A stretch of 64,000 nt of DNA from the NCBI GenBank assembly GCA_963422375.2, contig OY729428.2, positions 800,001 to 864,000 of the forward strand, read 5' to 3'. Made by a program: the position numbers and the translations under genes. Origin of the DNA: Bryobacterales bacterium. GTDB taxonomy: Bacteria; Acidobacteriota; Terriglobia; Bryobacterales; UBA6623. Under the pieces are notes generated by a model. That model was given only the letters and a program-made list of their open reading frames with translations, ran no database searches and was not told the origin of the DNA. This document shows positions 1-10,177 of this stretch, one piece after another; position 1 is the stretch's first letter, and every line of letters begins with the position of its first letter.

Positions 1-23
1 GCCTGAAGGGAAGGCTGGACGGG

Positions 24-431
24 ATGTTCGCCGAGGCATGGGAGGACGGGCGCGAAGACGCCGCCAGGGCGCTGGCCGACTACGAGGAAGAGGATCTCGG
101 AGCCGACGCCAAGGCCGCCGAGCGCAGGTGGCTCGCGACCATCCCCGAACAGCCGGCCTTCGGGTTGGACGAGATCGCTGGCATGGATCCTAGGAAAGCA
201 GACCAGCCGGCAGGGACTCTTGGCCACCCGCTGTGGAGCTGGTCCTGCACCCGAGAGTGCCCCTACCCAGCCACACGCGAGGGCGCTGACACGCCGGAGG
301 ACTGCAGCCGCCGAGCAGCGGGCTGCAGGGGAGAGATGATCCGAGGCGGCTCCGTCACGGATCGCTGGCTCTCCGAATCCTGCGCCGGGATAGGCACCCA
401 TTTGAAGAGTCCATCAGAGACCCGCAGCTAA
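24..431 (+). CDS. Hypothetical acidic protein, possibly truncated at the window edge
   Basis: 135-aa ORF whose TAA stop overlaps the ATG of the recombinase remnant (TAATG); no recognisable motif. Confidence 0.3.
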   Translation: MFAEAWEDGREDAARALADYEEEDLGADAKAAERRWLATIPEQPAFGLDEIAGMDPRKADQPAGTLGHPLWSWSCTRECPYPATREGADTPEDCSRRAAGCRGEMIRGGSVTDRWLSESCAGIGTHLKSPSETRS

Positions 432-1079
432 TGAAGAGCATTCTTTTCGTGGCGGAGAGCGGCGAATCCGCGCTGGCCGCCGCCAGCGTGTCCGACGACA
501 CCAAGCGCTCCTACGGCGCGGTCGATGTCTCGATCACCGACCTGCCGTTCTACGGCGGCCTGCGGCGATCGGAAGTAGCCTCGTTCGCGTGGGGCGATTT
601 CGAGTCATCCTTCGGAGTGGCGGGCGCGGTGCCCATCACGGCGCGCCGGTCGAAGACCGGCAGGACCGGCGAGCGGGCAGACGTGTGCTTGGTCAAGGGG
701 CCGACCGCAGCCGCGCTCGTGGGGATTCGGCCGCTGAACGCCGATCCGCGGACCAAGGCGATCGGCCTCGGAGCCGCGCAAATCAAGAGGCGCTTGGCGG
801 CTGCTGCCGAAGAAGCGGGCATCGACGTCACCGGTCGACGCCTCTCCGCGCAACCCGGCCGCAGCGCCCTCGCCAGCGAACTCACCAAGCGCGGCGCTCC
901 TGCCGGGCGCCATGCGGGCGGGCAATTGGAAGACCTCGCGGATGGTCGCTCACTACTCCGCGGCCGCTACCGCCGAGGCTGTCGCGGTCGCTCGCGATCT
1001 CTTGTCCGCGGCCGCAGCGAGATCGCCCGGTCCGCAATCACCGGGCGGGAGGAAGCGCTTCGCTGAGAGCGCTCCCTAG
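431..1079 (+). pseudogene. Tyrosine recombinase/integrase (Cre-like), frameshifted
   Basis: GLRRSEV (box I Arg), RRSKT (Lys) and LSAQPGR (degenerate HxxR) in frame 431; the C-terminal MRAGNWKTSRMVAHY (Trp...Tyr nucleophile) is in another frame from 912. Confidence 0.7.
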
Positions 1080-2729
1080 CCGTCGATGCAGGCCGCTCAC
1101 GCGTCGCTAGCCGCCCGGCAGCTGCATTCTCTCTCCCCCTAATCGCGATTCGATGCGCTCGGCGGGCAACAGCTGCCTGCAGCGATCAAAGCGCCTTGGT
1201 CTGCCGGTAGTGCAGAACTGCCGGTCTTCAACGGCGAACCTCGGCGGACCACGCAATAGCAGCCGCTGTCGAACGAAGTCCGGCGCGAGGTCGAGTAAGG
1301 TATCGACCAGCGCTTGCGCCTCCTCGGATTCGCAAGAGGAGTCCATTGGCTGTTCCCTGTGCTCGGTCGACGACTCTTCAAGGTCGATCTCGGCTTGAAC
1401 GCGGTGCGGTCGATCGACGATCTCGGCGTTGCGGCGGCCGGTCATTGCTACGGCGCAATCCGAGCGAATCCGAGCGAATCGTGCGCAACGGGCGAATGGT
1501 TTCAATTGGCTCTCCACGTGACCGCAGTGACTTCGATCCGCGCGACGCGGAATCCGTTGACATTCAGGAACGTTCGGGTGGCTTGCTGCCGGATCGCAAT
1601 ATGGATCGGAAACTCGCAGTCCAGGTCGGACTGCGGCCTCGGTCGGCTCGCTTCCCCGAAGGTGGCTCCGGCCGACGGCGACGGGTCCGGACTGCCATTG
1701 ATTAGCTCGACGTTCATGCACTTGATTCGGTAGGAGACACCCCCCCTCGTGCGTGTCCTCCGAGTCTAACGAGAGCAGTTTAGGCTTGTAGATCACTCTC
1801 CGCTTGAAAGTGACTTGGACAACGAGTGTCGGCCGCCGCCTTCGTCCCTTAGCAACTCGACCTTCCGTCTTCGGAGCACGTCCGGAGTGCGCTCGGCTAG
1901 ATCAACCCAAGACGCCTAGACAATCCGATCAGACAAGAATCCGGAAGTACTCATACCGGGCGTCTCATAGAGGAAGGCCGCGTGTAGCGGGCAGAACACA
2001 AGCTCTCGGGAATCCGGAGCTCACTCCCCCGGGCAGATCGACGTGCTATGGCCGTTAAGACGCAAGTCACAAATCCGGCACCTCCGAAGGCGGAAGGCCC
2101 GTCATCGCAGAGGACGACGCGCCAAGCCAGATCCGCGACCGTCAATCTAGCGCGGGCCACGGCCGCCCGTCGCATTCCGCTACTGAGGGGCGCAAAAGTC
2201 TTTTCGGATCGGCCAGGCCAGAATGTACTGGCAACTGGGTTCCCAAGCAGTCTGCTAAGAAGGAGGCCTTCCAAATTCGAGTACGCAATATACTGTGTAG
2301 ATAGCTACGGTATATCACAATATGCAGGCCTAAGTTCGAGAATTCAACTTACCGCCTCCTAACCTTGGCTGAGTCTTGTGGGTAATGAGGAAGACTTTTG
2401 CGCCTCTCAGTACCGTCCTCCTCGCCGACTCGCCATAGCATGATCATTACGCCGGTCTCTAGATTGCCCGGGCCCGCGAAGAGGCCTCCGGTGAAGCTCG
2501 CTTGCCGACAGCTGCCAGCCCGGGCCGATTATCGGGCCGGACAGGCTCCGCATTGGCCGATTTGAGGCTTGCGAGGTCGCCGAGCGGCGACCTCTGGCAT
2601 CGGAGCGCTGCCGGCCACGCAGGTGAAGCCATGACCCGCTCCGGCCGCTCTCAGGCCGAACGACCGTTGGCTTGGCGGGCGTCGCTTGCAGGAACGGGTG
2701 CCTTCGCACGGCAGAGGGTGAAATTCGGG

Positions 2730-4430
2730 CTAGCGGCTCGAGTCGGCGTCATTCTCCGTGACCTCGAGTACCCGACCCGCCTGCGCGCCTTCGACCACTT
2801 GAACCGTGCCGCTGGGCCAAAGCACCTTCAGCGCTACCTCCGCCTGTCCCTCTCCGAGTCCGAAATGCACGCCGTCGTGGCTCGAGGACGCATACCCGAC
2901 GGCGCTCGTCATGGTGTTCGACTGCCCGGCCACGCTGACCACGGCCCCGAGGCCGTCTCGATTGGATGCCCGGCCCTCGAGTCGCACGTTGATCCAGCCG
3001 CGGCCGCCCTGGCTGACGTTTTCCCAGAGCTCGGCGGGCTCGCCGAGCGCGGAGACGACTACATCGACTCTCCCGTCGCGATTGAAATCCGCGAACGCAC
3101 AGCCCCTGTGAGCCCGCACCGAACCGGCGAGACCGGAGCTCGCCGACAGGTCCCGGAACGTTCCGTCTCCGCGATTGCCGAACACCGCGTTCGGCTCGCG
3201 GTAGGGCGTGCTGTCCTCGAACTCCCGGATGATGTCGTTCACGTGGGAGTTCGCGGTAAACAGGTCCTTGAAGGCATCGTTGTCGAAGTCGTACAGCCCG
3301 ATACACCAGCCGCTGCGCCGGTGCGAGAGAGCCCCGATTCCCGACGGCCCCGTCGCGTCCCCGAAGAAGCCGTCCCCCTCGTTCCGGAACAAGGGGAACG
3401 TCTCCGCGATCAGCGCAGTGATCGCGACGTCCGGCAGCCCGTCGTTGTCGTAGTCCCGGAAATCGGCACCCATGCTCGCCACGGGGTCTCCGTTCTGGAG
3501 GAGCGCCGTGCCCGAGAACATGCCGGCTTCCTCGAAAGTGCCGTCTCCCTTGTTCAGAAACAGGAAGTTCGGCAGGTTGTCGTTCGTCACCAGCGCGTCC
3601 GGCCGGCCGTCCCCGTCCGCGTCCGCGAACGCCACGCTCATGCCGCGGCCAACATGGTCGGCTACGCCTGATACTGCGCTAGCGTCTTCGAACCGCCCTG
3701 CGCCGACGTTCCGGTAGAGACGGCTCGCTATCGGCTCCAGTTGCATGGGGTCGCAGTATGCCCGCAGCCCGCGTTGCGCGTCCCCGCAGAAGGTGTCGAA
3801 TTCCAAGCTCCAGCGGGCGTAACTCACCACGAAGAGATCCAGCGAGCCATCGCTGTCGTAATCGAACCAGCCTGCCGCCACCGACCAGTCCGCGCTGTCG
3901 AGCCCCGCGGCCGCGGTCACGTCCTCGAAACGGCCGTCCCCGAGATTCCGGAAGAGGGTGAGTCGGAACACCCCGGCCACGAGCAGGTCGACGTGACCGT
4001 CGTTGTCGTAGTCGGCCGTCGCGGCACCCATGTCGTACCCGCGCCCCTGCACTCCAGCCTCTTCCGTGACGTCCGTGAAGCGCATCCCGCCGTCGTTGCG
4101 ATAGAGGCGGTTCCAGTGCGACGGGCCCGTCTTCTCCAGCGAGGGGATCGGCGCGCCGCTCGTGAAGTAGATATCGGGCAGGCTGTCGCCGTTGTAGTCG
4201 AACGCCGCGACCCCGCCCGCCATGGTCTCGATCATGCGCTTCTCCGGCGTCGGGAAGTTCTGGTGGACGAAGTCGATCCCCGCCTGCGCCGCGATGTCGC
4301 GAAAGAGGATGGGCGCGGAGTCGGAAGCGCCCCGTGCCTGACGCGCCGTCGGCGGACCGGACAGCGCGACCGCGGCCGCGGCGAGAGCCAGCCCGCGGTG
4401 CAGAGCCCGCGCTACTCGCTCTTGATCCAT
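2730..4430 (-). CDS. CRTAC1/ASPIC-UnbV family protein with FG-GAP-like repeats, secreted
   Basis: Likely start ATG 4430 (MDQERVAR..., signal peptide); repeated DYDNDG/DYNGD/DADGDG/DFNRDG motifs; C-terminal SNRDGLGA...HFGLG...LWPSG typical of ASPIC/UnbV; overlaps the end of the TPR gene. Confidence 0.85.
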   Translation of the reverse strand: MDQERVARALHRGLALAAAAVALSGPPTARQARGASDSAPILFRDIAAQAGIDFVHQNFPTPEKRMIETMAGGVAAFDYNGDSLPDIYFTSGAPIPSLEKTGPSHWNRLYRNDGGMRFTDVTEEAGVQGRGYDMGAATADYDNDGHVDLLVAGVFRLTLFRNLGDGRFEDVTAAAGLDSADWSVAAGWFDYDSDGSLDLFVVSYARWSLEFDTFCGDAQRGLRAYCDPMQLEPIASRLYRNVGAGRFEDASAVSGVADHVGRGMSVAFADADGDGRPDALVTNDNLPNFLFLNKGDGTFEEAGMFSGTALLQNGDPVASMGADFRDYDNDGLPDVAITALIAETFPLFRNEGDGFFGDATGPSGIGALSHRRSGWCIGLYDFDNDAFKDLFTANSHVNDIIREFEDSTPYREPNAVFGNRGDGTFRDLSASSGLAGSVRAHRGCAFADFNRDGRVDVVVSALGEPAELWENVSQGGRGWINVRLEGRASNRDGLGAVVSVAGQSNTMTSAVGYASSSHDGVHFGLGEGQAEVALKVLWPSGTVQVVEGAQAGRVLEVTENDADSSR

Positions 4431-6337
4431 CGGTCGAACTTGCCGCGGTCGCGGGCGAACGAGCTCTTGCGCATGGCGACCGAGCGTTCCAGCGCCCTCT
4501 CCGCCTCCTCGTCCCTGCCCAGGCGCCGGTACGCCTGGAACAGCGAGTAGTGAATGTCCCCGTAGTAGTCCAGCCCCAAGCCCCGCTCGAGCTGGGCGGC
4601 CGCCTCGGCGAAGCGTCCCGCACGCAGAAAGGCGCGACCGAGGCTCGGGCGCGCCTCGACCAAGTTCGGATCGAGCCGCAGCGCGCCCTCGAGATAGCGG
4701 ATCGACTCTTCGTGCTGCTGCATCGCGACGCGCAGGCGCCCCGCAAGGTAGAGCGTGCGCGGATTCGCCGCGTCGAGTTCGAGCGCCCGCGCCAAGGACT
4801 CCCCAGCCTCCTCGTGGGCGTTGTTGAGGAGGAACAGCAGGCCGAGACCCCGATGCAGTTCGGGCTCGTCCGGCTCGAGCGCGATCGCCTTGCGGTACTC
4901 GGCGATCGCCTCGTCGTCGGCTTGCCGCTGCTGGTGCGCCTCGGCCCTGAGCTGATGCACCCTCCACGAGCCCGGCGCGGCCTCCTCGACCTGCTGGAAG
5001 CACCTGTCGGCCAGTGACTGCAGCGTCCTCACCGTCCAGTAGGCAGCCTCCGGCGACGTTTCCGCGGCTCCCCTCATGGCGTGCGTGAAGGCGACCGCCG
5101 CCCTCTCGGCCTGGCCAAGCTCCAAGTACGCCCGGCCCAGCGCCACGAGTTCGGACCGGGCCAGCGACGGGCGCGTCTCGAGCAGGCGGGCGCATTCCGC
5201 ATACCGGTGGCTCGCGCAGAGCTCCGCGGCGGACAGGTCTTCCGCCTCGCGGGCTGGGGCCGACTCGATCCTGCGGTGCAGCAGGCTACGCTGGAGGCGG
5301 GCGCGCTCGGCATTGCCGGCTTCGCGGAAGAGCGCGGCCTGCAGGAAGCGCGACGGCCCGCCGTCCGCACGCGGCAGCTTGCCGATCAGCGCCGTCGCGA
5401 AATCGGGAGCGATTCTCCGGGCCGGAAAGTCCGACGCGCGGGCCAGCCAGTCGGGATTCGAGGCCCACACTTCGGCCGCTCGGTCCAGAGCCGCTGCGGC
5501 GTCGCCGCGGGCCAGGCTCGCTTCCGCGAGCCCGAGAAGCGCCGTTTCCGAGCGCCGGTCGATCAGCAGCTCAGCCTCGAAGTGCCGTTCGGCACCCTCG
5601 ATGTCCCCGAGACGCAGGCGCGCGCCCCCCGCGGCCGCATGCAGGCCGGGCAGGCGGCTGTCCTTGGACAGGGCCGTTTCGTAGTAGGTCGAGGCCGCGT
5701 CCCAGGCCTCGCTCAGGCCCAGCATGTCGGCCCCGAGCCGCGCCGCCCAGACCGATTCCGGCATGCCGATGACGAGGCTGCCGGCGAGCTCGCTCATCAA
5801 GGTCATGTAGTCGCGGCCGAGACGGTGCCAGGCCTCGGCCCGGTCCGGAGTCAGGGGGAGGGCCGCCTGGAACTCGCTCACCGCGCCGGCGTAGTCCCTC
5901 TCGGCTAGGTAACAGGCTGCCAGCGCCCGCCTCGCCTCCAAGCTGGCCGGGTTGTCCTCGAGACTGCGCTTAAGGGCGGGGATGGCCTTGGAAGGCGAGC
6001 CGAGCTTGAGGTGCCCGAGCCCGAGAAAGAGGCGCGCCGCGGGAAGATCCGGCCGCTCGGCGGCGACCCGCTCGAGTTCGGTGACCGCCTCGGCGTACTC
6101 GCCCTGCAGGAACAGCACCAACCCGAGGTTGGCGCGAGCCTCCGCGAGGCCGGGCATCAGGTCTAGAGCCGCGCGGTATTCCTTGGCGGCGGCCTCGTGG
6201 CGCCCGGCCGCCGTGGCCTGCTTGCCGGCCTCGAAGCGAGCGGCGACGGCATCCCGGTCGTCGGCGGCGAAGGCGGCCGGCCAGAGACCGGCTGCCGCCA
6301 GCAGCGCCACTGCGATTGGCCTGCCGTCCATCGTCAC
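4412..6337 (-). CDS. Tetratricopeptide-repeat protein, secreted
   Basis: 641 aa; signal peptide; many TPR-like helices (AEARANLGLVLF, ARLFLGLGHL, PELHRGLGLLF). Confidence 0.85.
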   Translation of the reverse strand: MTMDGRPIAVALLAAAGLWPAAFAADDRDAVAARFEAGKQATAAGRHEAAAKEYRAALDLMPGLAEARANLGLVLFLQGEYAEAVTELERVAAERPDLPAARLFLGLGHLKLGSPSKAIPALKRSLEDNPASLEARRALAACYLAERDYAGAVSEFQAALPLTPDRAEAWHRLGRDYMTLMSELAGSLVIGMPESVWAARLGADMLGLSEAWDAASTYYETALSKDSRLPGLHAAAGGARLRLGDIEGAERHFEAELLIDRRSETALLGLAEASLARGDAAAALDRAAEVWASNPDWLARASDFPARRIAPDFATALIGKLPRADGGPSRFLQAALFREAGNAERARLQRSLLHRRIESAPAREAEDLSAAELCASHRYAECARLLETRPSLARSELVALGRAYLELGQAERAAVAFTHAMRGAAETSPEAAYWTVRTLQSLADRCFQQVEEAAPGSWRVHQLRAEAHQQRQADDEAIAEYRKAIALEPDEPELHRGLGLLFLLNNAHEEAGESLARALELDAANPRTLYLAGRLRVAMQQHEESIRYLEGALRLDPNLVEARPSLGRAFLRAGRFAEAAAQLERGLGLDYYGDIHYSLFQAYRRLGRDEEAERALERSVAMRKSSFARDRGKFDRWIKSE

Positions 6338-6443
6338 GCCTCGGGCAGCTGCACTGCGCCCGCGCCTTGCGCGACCGGTTCCGGGAGGGAGGGGCCGCGA
6401 CGCCCCGCCCGCCTGCCTCGCCCGTGGTTGCCAGCCCTAGCGA

Positions 6444-9400
6444 TCAGAACAGCACGCGCAAGCCGAATTGCACCAGTCGCGGCACGCCGCGCGTGCCGCT
6501 GATCACCCCGAACTGCGGCGTACCGAGGCCCGTGCCCGGATGCCGGAAGGTCGGCGTGTTGAAGAGGTTGAAGAATTCGGTCCGGAACTCGACGCCGAGC
6601 CGCTCGCCGATCTGCGTGCGCTTGAAGAGCGCGAAGTCCCACTGCGTGATGCCGGGGCCTCGCACGTCCGGGAGCAGCCGTCCGGTGTTCCCGAACGTGA
6701 ACGCCGCGGGCTGGCTGAACACGTCGGTCCTGAAGTACTCGTCCAGACGCGTCTGGGGGTCGCCCGACAGTTTCGCGCTGGTGCCGTTGTTGTCGACGAA
6801 CTGGCTGCCGCCGAACGAATTGGACAGGTTCTGCGAGGGTCGCACGCCGATCGGGAATCCCGTCTGCAGGGTCGTCACCCCGTTGATGCCCCAGCCGCTG
6901 ATGATCGCTTTGGCCGCGCCGGTGGTGCTCCCGCCGATCGGCTTGCCCGGACCGAACGGCAGGTCCAGCACGTAGCTCAGGACGAATCTCTGGGACACGT
7001 CGAAGGCCGCCAGCGACTTGAGCGCCCGCAGGTCGTTGTTGTTGCCGCCCGTGGCCCAGCCCTGGGCGCTGAACCCCTCGAGGCCGTCAAGCCAGCCGGT
7101 GAGCGTGCCGGCATCCGTGATCAGCTTGCTCGCCGTGTAGGATGCCAGCAGGCTTGCCCCGCCAGCGAACCGCCGCTCGACCTTCGCTTGGAATGAGTGA
7201 TACGTGGAACTGCGGTTGGTGGGACCGGCCATCGCCACGTCCGTGAAGTGCGGGTACGGCCGCAGCAGCTGGCCGTAGGCGACCGTCGGCTGGGACAGGC
7301 CGCCGGAAGCGACCGATGTGCCGAGAAAGGGATTCGGGACTTGCTCGTTCAGCTTGGTCCCCAGCGACAGGTGCTGGTCGGGCAGCTGGTTTATGGTCTG
7401 CGCGTTGACCGGCAGGCTGGTGCCCTTGGATCCCGCGTAGGCGACGTCCACGAGCGTGCCGCCCGCGATCTGGTGCTGGATGTTGAAGTTCCACTGCTGC
7501 ATGTAGCTGAGGGGCTGGTTCGGAACGGGCGCGCGGATGCCGAGACCGCCGATCAGCGTGTTGAGGAACGCGGGATCCCTGCCCGGAGGCAACAGCACGC
7601 CGTCCGGGAACGGATCGTTCAGGAATCGGTAGGGCGTGACGCCGCCGTCTAGCGAGGTCAGCCACGGGGTGCTGATCGTGTTGACGATGTCTTGGTTCGG
7701 CGCGGTCGCGAACGCGACGTCGTTCGGCAGCCAGAAGATGCCGTACCCGGTGCGGATCACCGTCGAGTCGCTCAGGCGGTAGGCGATGCCCAGGCGCGGG
7801 GCCAGGGCGTTGCGGTCGTCGAGGCGCGTCCGCCCCGGACGCAGGTCGGACTTGACCAAGCCGAGCTGCCCGCGCAGGTCCATGCCCGTCTCGGCCGAGA
7901 GCGGGTTGACCGAGTCCAGCGCCAGCACCGTCATGTTGTCGAAGCGCTCGGAGAAGTTGCCGGAACGCTCCCAGCGGAGTCCCATGTTGATGGTCAGCCG
8001 GTCGTTGACCTGCCACTGGTCGTTGACGTAAGCGGCGCGGTAGATCATCTGGCCCGCGACCAGGCCCGGCGTGGTGATGCCACCGCCCGTGCCTGTGCCC
8101 AGCAGGAAGGAGGCGAAGCCCCAGCCTCCCTGCGGGGCGAAGGGATCGTTAGCCGTGAAATTGGCGTTGAAGTTGAAGATGCCGCTCGGCGTGTTGCTCT
8201 GCGCGTAGTTGTGCGTCAGCCGCCGAACGTCGCCGCCGACCTTGAGGGTGTGCCTGCCGCGGATCAGGGTGAGGCTGGGCAGAAGGGCGACGTTGTCCTG
8301 CCGCCCGATGATGATGCTCCCGGTCCCTTGGGCGCAGAACACGCCGTAGCTCTCGACGCAAGGCGTGGGGATGTGCCTGAAGCTCTCCGGAATCTGGCTG
8401 ACCAAGGAGGACGGCCACGCGAACTGGGCCAGGTCGATGCCCTGGCTCTCCGGCGACCTGTCGTACCGGAAGCGGGTCCAGGCGGCGCGTATGTCTAGAA
8501 TCGTGGTGGGGGAGATCAGGTACGTGTCGCCGATCACCCACTGGTTCGTGGTGAATGTCTCCGGGCCGGCGTCGATGTGCGCTCCCGTCCCGTAAGGATC
8601 GACGCCGAACGTGATGTTATCCCACCATGTCCAGCGCCCCATGACGCGGTGCTTGTCGCTGGCGTTCCAGTCCAATCGGTTGTTCAGCTGCGTGTTGTCG
8701 CCCCCGTCGCTCGCGTTGTTGGCGAAGTTCAGGTTGCGCTTCCCCGGCACGTTGGGCTGCGACCACAGGTGGCTGAGGGACTTGGAGGTGGCATCCTGCC
8801 TGTGGTCGGGAATCCGCTTGTTGGGAAACGCCGCCCTCGGAAGGTCGGCTGCGCTGGAGGCGGTGAGCGGGTCGTGGATATCGAAGGCCAGCTCTGAGAA
8901 GTCGCCCTTCTGCATGGCCGGAGTCGGCGAGTCCAGCAGGAGGGACCGCCCCCGCCGCTGGCGGTAGTCCTCGTACGACGAGAAGAAGAACACCTTGTTC
9001 CTGGCGATCGGGCCTCCGACGTTCGCCCCCCATTGGTTCTGGACGAATGGCGGCGTCCCGATGCCGCTCGCATTGTTGAAGAAGGTATTCGAGTTCAGGG
9101 CCTTGTTGCGCAGGAACTCGTAGGCCGAGCCGTGAAATTCGTTGCCTCCGGACTTGGTGGTCATGTTGATGACGCCGCCGGCGAACCGCCCGAATTCCGC
9201 TCCTAGGTTGTTCGTCTGGATCTTGAACTCCTGCACCGCGTCCTGGGTGGGGACGAGCGCGGTCAGGTTCACGTAGGACATGTTGACGGGTGCGCCGTCG
9301 AGCGTGGTGGCGCTCTGGTTCGACTGGCCGCCGCCGATCTGGTAGTTGCCCCACGCGAAAATGTTCACGCCGGTCGGGCTCTGCATCGACTGGCCTTGCG

Positions 9401-9899
9401 GCACGACGCCCGGAGCCAGCGCTACTAGGTTCAGGACGTTGCGGCCGTTGAGCGGCGTCTCCGTGACCTTGCGAGACTCGACAACCTGGCCCAGCGACGA
9501 CGTTTGCGACTGCAGCAGGGGCGTGCTGGAAACGACCTCGACCACCTCTGTCACCTCGCCGATCTCGAGGACCGGGTCGATGCGGATGCTGGCCTCGACC
9601 TCGACTACGATCGGCTCCTGGGCGAACTGCTTGAAGCCGTCGGAGCGGGCCTCGAGGCGATACTGGCCCGGCAGCAGGGTGACGAACCGGTAGAGGCCGG
9701 ACGCCTCGGTCTCCTGCACGCGCTGCTCGCCTGTGGCGAGGCTGGTGATCGTGACGCTCGCGCCGGGAATGACGGCTCCAGTCGCATCTTGGACGGCCCC
9801 GACCAACGTTCCGTAGAACGTTTGGGCGGAGGTCGAGACAGCAAGGAAAAGCAAGCCCGCGGCTAGCGCGGCTGGCAGGCATGTACGCTTCAATTTCAT
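6444..9899 (-). CDS. TonB-dependent receptor, Oar-like, with N-terminal carboxypeptidase-regulatory-like domain
   Basis: 1151 aa; signal peptide; DATGAVIPGASVT, PLNGRN, DAVQEFKIQTN, TKSGGNEFHGSAYEFLRN; ends QFGLRVLF; strong RBS AGGAGGTG at 9901-9908. Confidence 0.92.
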   Translation of the reverse strand: MKLKRTCLPAALAAGLLFLAVSTSAQTFYGTLVGAVQDATGAVIPGASVTITSLATGEQRVQETEASGLYRFVTLLPGQYRLEARSDGFKQFAQEPIVVEVEASIRIDPVLEIGEVTEVVEVVSSTPLLQSQTSSLGQVVESRKVTETPLNGRNVLNLVALAPGVVPQGQSMQSPTGVNIFAWGNYQIGGGQSNQSATTLDGAPVNMSYVNLTALVPTQDAVQEFKIQTNNLGAEFGRFAGGVINMTTKSGGNEFHGSAYEFLRNKALNSNTFFNNASGIGTPPFVQNQWGANVGGPIARNKVFFFSSYEDYRQRRGRSLLLDSPTPAMQKGDFSELAFDIHDPLTASSAADLPRAAFPNKRIPDHRQDATSKSLSHLWSQPNVPGKRNLNFANNASDGGDNTQLNNRLDWNASDKHRVMGRWTWWDNITFGVDPYGTGAHIDAGPETFTTNQWVIGDTYLISPTTILDIRAAWTRFRYDRSPESQGIDLAQFAWPSSLVSQIPESFRHIPTPCVESYGVFCAQGTGSIIIGRQDNVALLPSLTLIRGRHTLKVGGDVRRLTHNYAQSNTPSGIFNFNANFTANDPFAPQGGWGFASFLLGTGTGGGITTPGLVAGQMIYRAAYVNDQWQVNDRLTINMGLRWERSGNFSERFDNMTVLALDSVNPLSAETGMDLRGQLGLVKSDLRPGRTRLDDRNALAPRLGIAYRLSDSTVIRTGYGIFWLPNDVAFATAPNQDIVNTISTPWLTSLDGGVTPYRFLNDPFPDGVLLPPGRDPAFLNTLIGGLGIRAPVPNQPLSYMQQWNFNIQHQIAGGTLVDVAYAGSKGTSLPVNAQTINQLPDQHLSLGTKLNEQVPNPFLGTSVASGGLSQPTVAYGQLLRPYPHFTDVAMAGPTNRSSTYHSFQAKVERRFAGGASLLASYTASKLITDAGTLTGWLDGLEGFSAQGWATGGNNNDLRALKSLAAFDVSQRFVLSYVLDLPFGPGKPIGGSTTGAAKAIISGWGINGVTTLQTGFPIGVRPSQNLSNSFGGSQFVDNNGTSAKLSGDPQTRLDEYFRTDVFSQPAAFTFGNTGRLLPDVRGPGITQWDFALFKRTQIGERLGVEFRTEFFNLFNTPTFRHPGTGLGTPQFGVISGTRGVPRLVQFGLRVLF

Positions 9900-10089
9900 T
9901 CACCTCCTGAAACATCGATGGGTGCAGGCCAGACGCAGCCGCACCGGCGACCGATTCTACTCCATCGCTCCCGGCCGCGGCAACCCCGCGCCGGGCGTTG
10001 CCGGCTGCCAGCGCCCGGACCGCGCTCGGACCGGCTGCGGGCGGCGTGCGCCGGCTTCCGGCCCGGCGTGCTCGAGCCTGGCCTAATAC

Positions 10090-10119
10090 ATGAAACACTG
10101 TTGCAAGAACTGCTATCAT
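10090..10119 (+). promoter_or_regulatory. Putative sigma70 promoter with an overlapping 7-1-7 inverted repeat (candidate operator)
   Basis: ATGAAA-18 nt-TATCAT with extended -10 TG; TGAAACA-C-TGTTGCA (10091-10105) is palindromic with one mismatch; AT-rich patch upstream of the FecA-like gene. Confidence 0.4.
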
Positions 10120-10177
10120 TGTCCGTGGGGCTGGCGGCGTTCGTGCCAGGGCCCCGAGCCTTGGAGATACGGACTAG

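Noticed and set aside
1457..1480. Short tandem repeat AATCCGAGCG, and GCCAGT repeats near 51810-51840
   Set aside because: Two to three units in decayed DNA; not array-like
1107..1796. 229-aa minus-strand ORF with a faint DksA/TraR zinc-finger-like tail (RCRQLLPAERIE)
   Set aside because: Cys set incomplete and composition unconvincing
2290..2311. LexA-box-like imperfect palindrome TACTGTGTAGATAGCTACGGTA
   Set aside because: Spacing does not fit CTGT-N8-ACAG and there is no credible downstream gene
4431..5195. N-terminal extensions of track ORFs 2730-5195, 18898-21237, 25936-27573, 27021-28469 and 46616-47764
   Set aside because: They overlap better-supported genes; starts were moved to codons with signal peptide, RBS or coupling support
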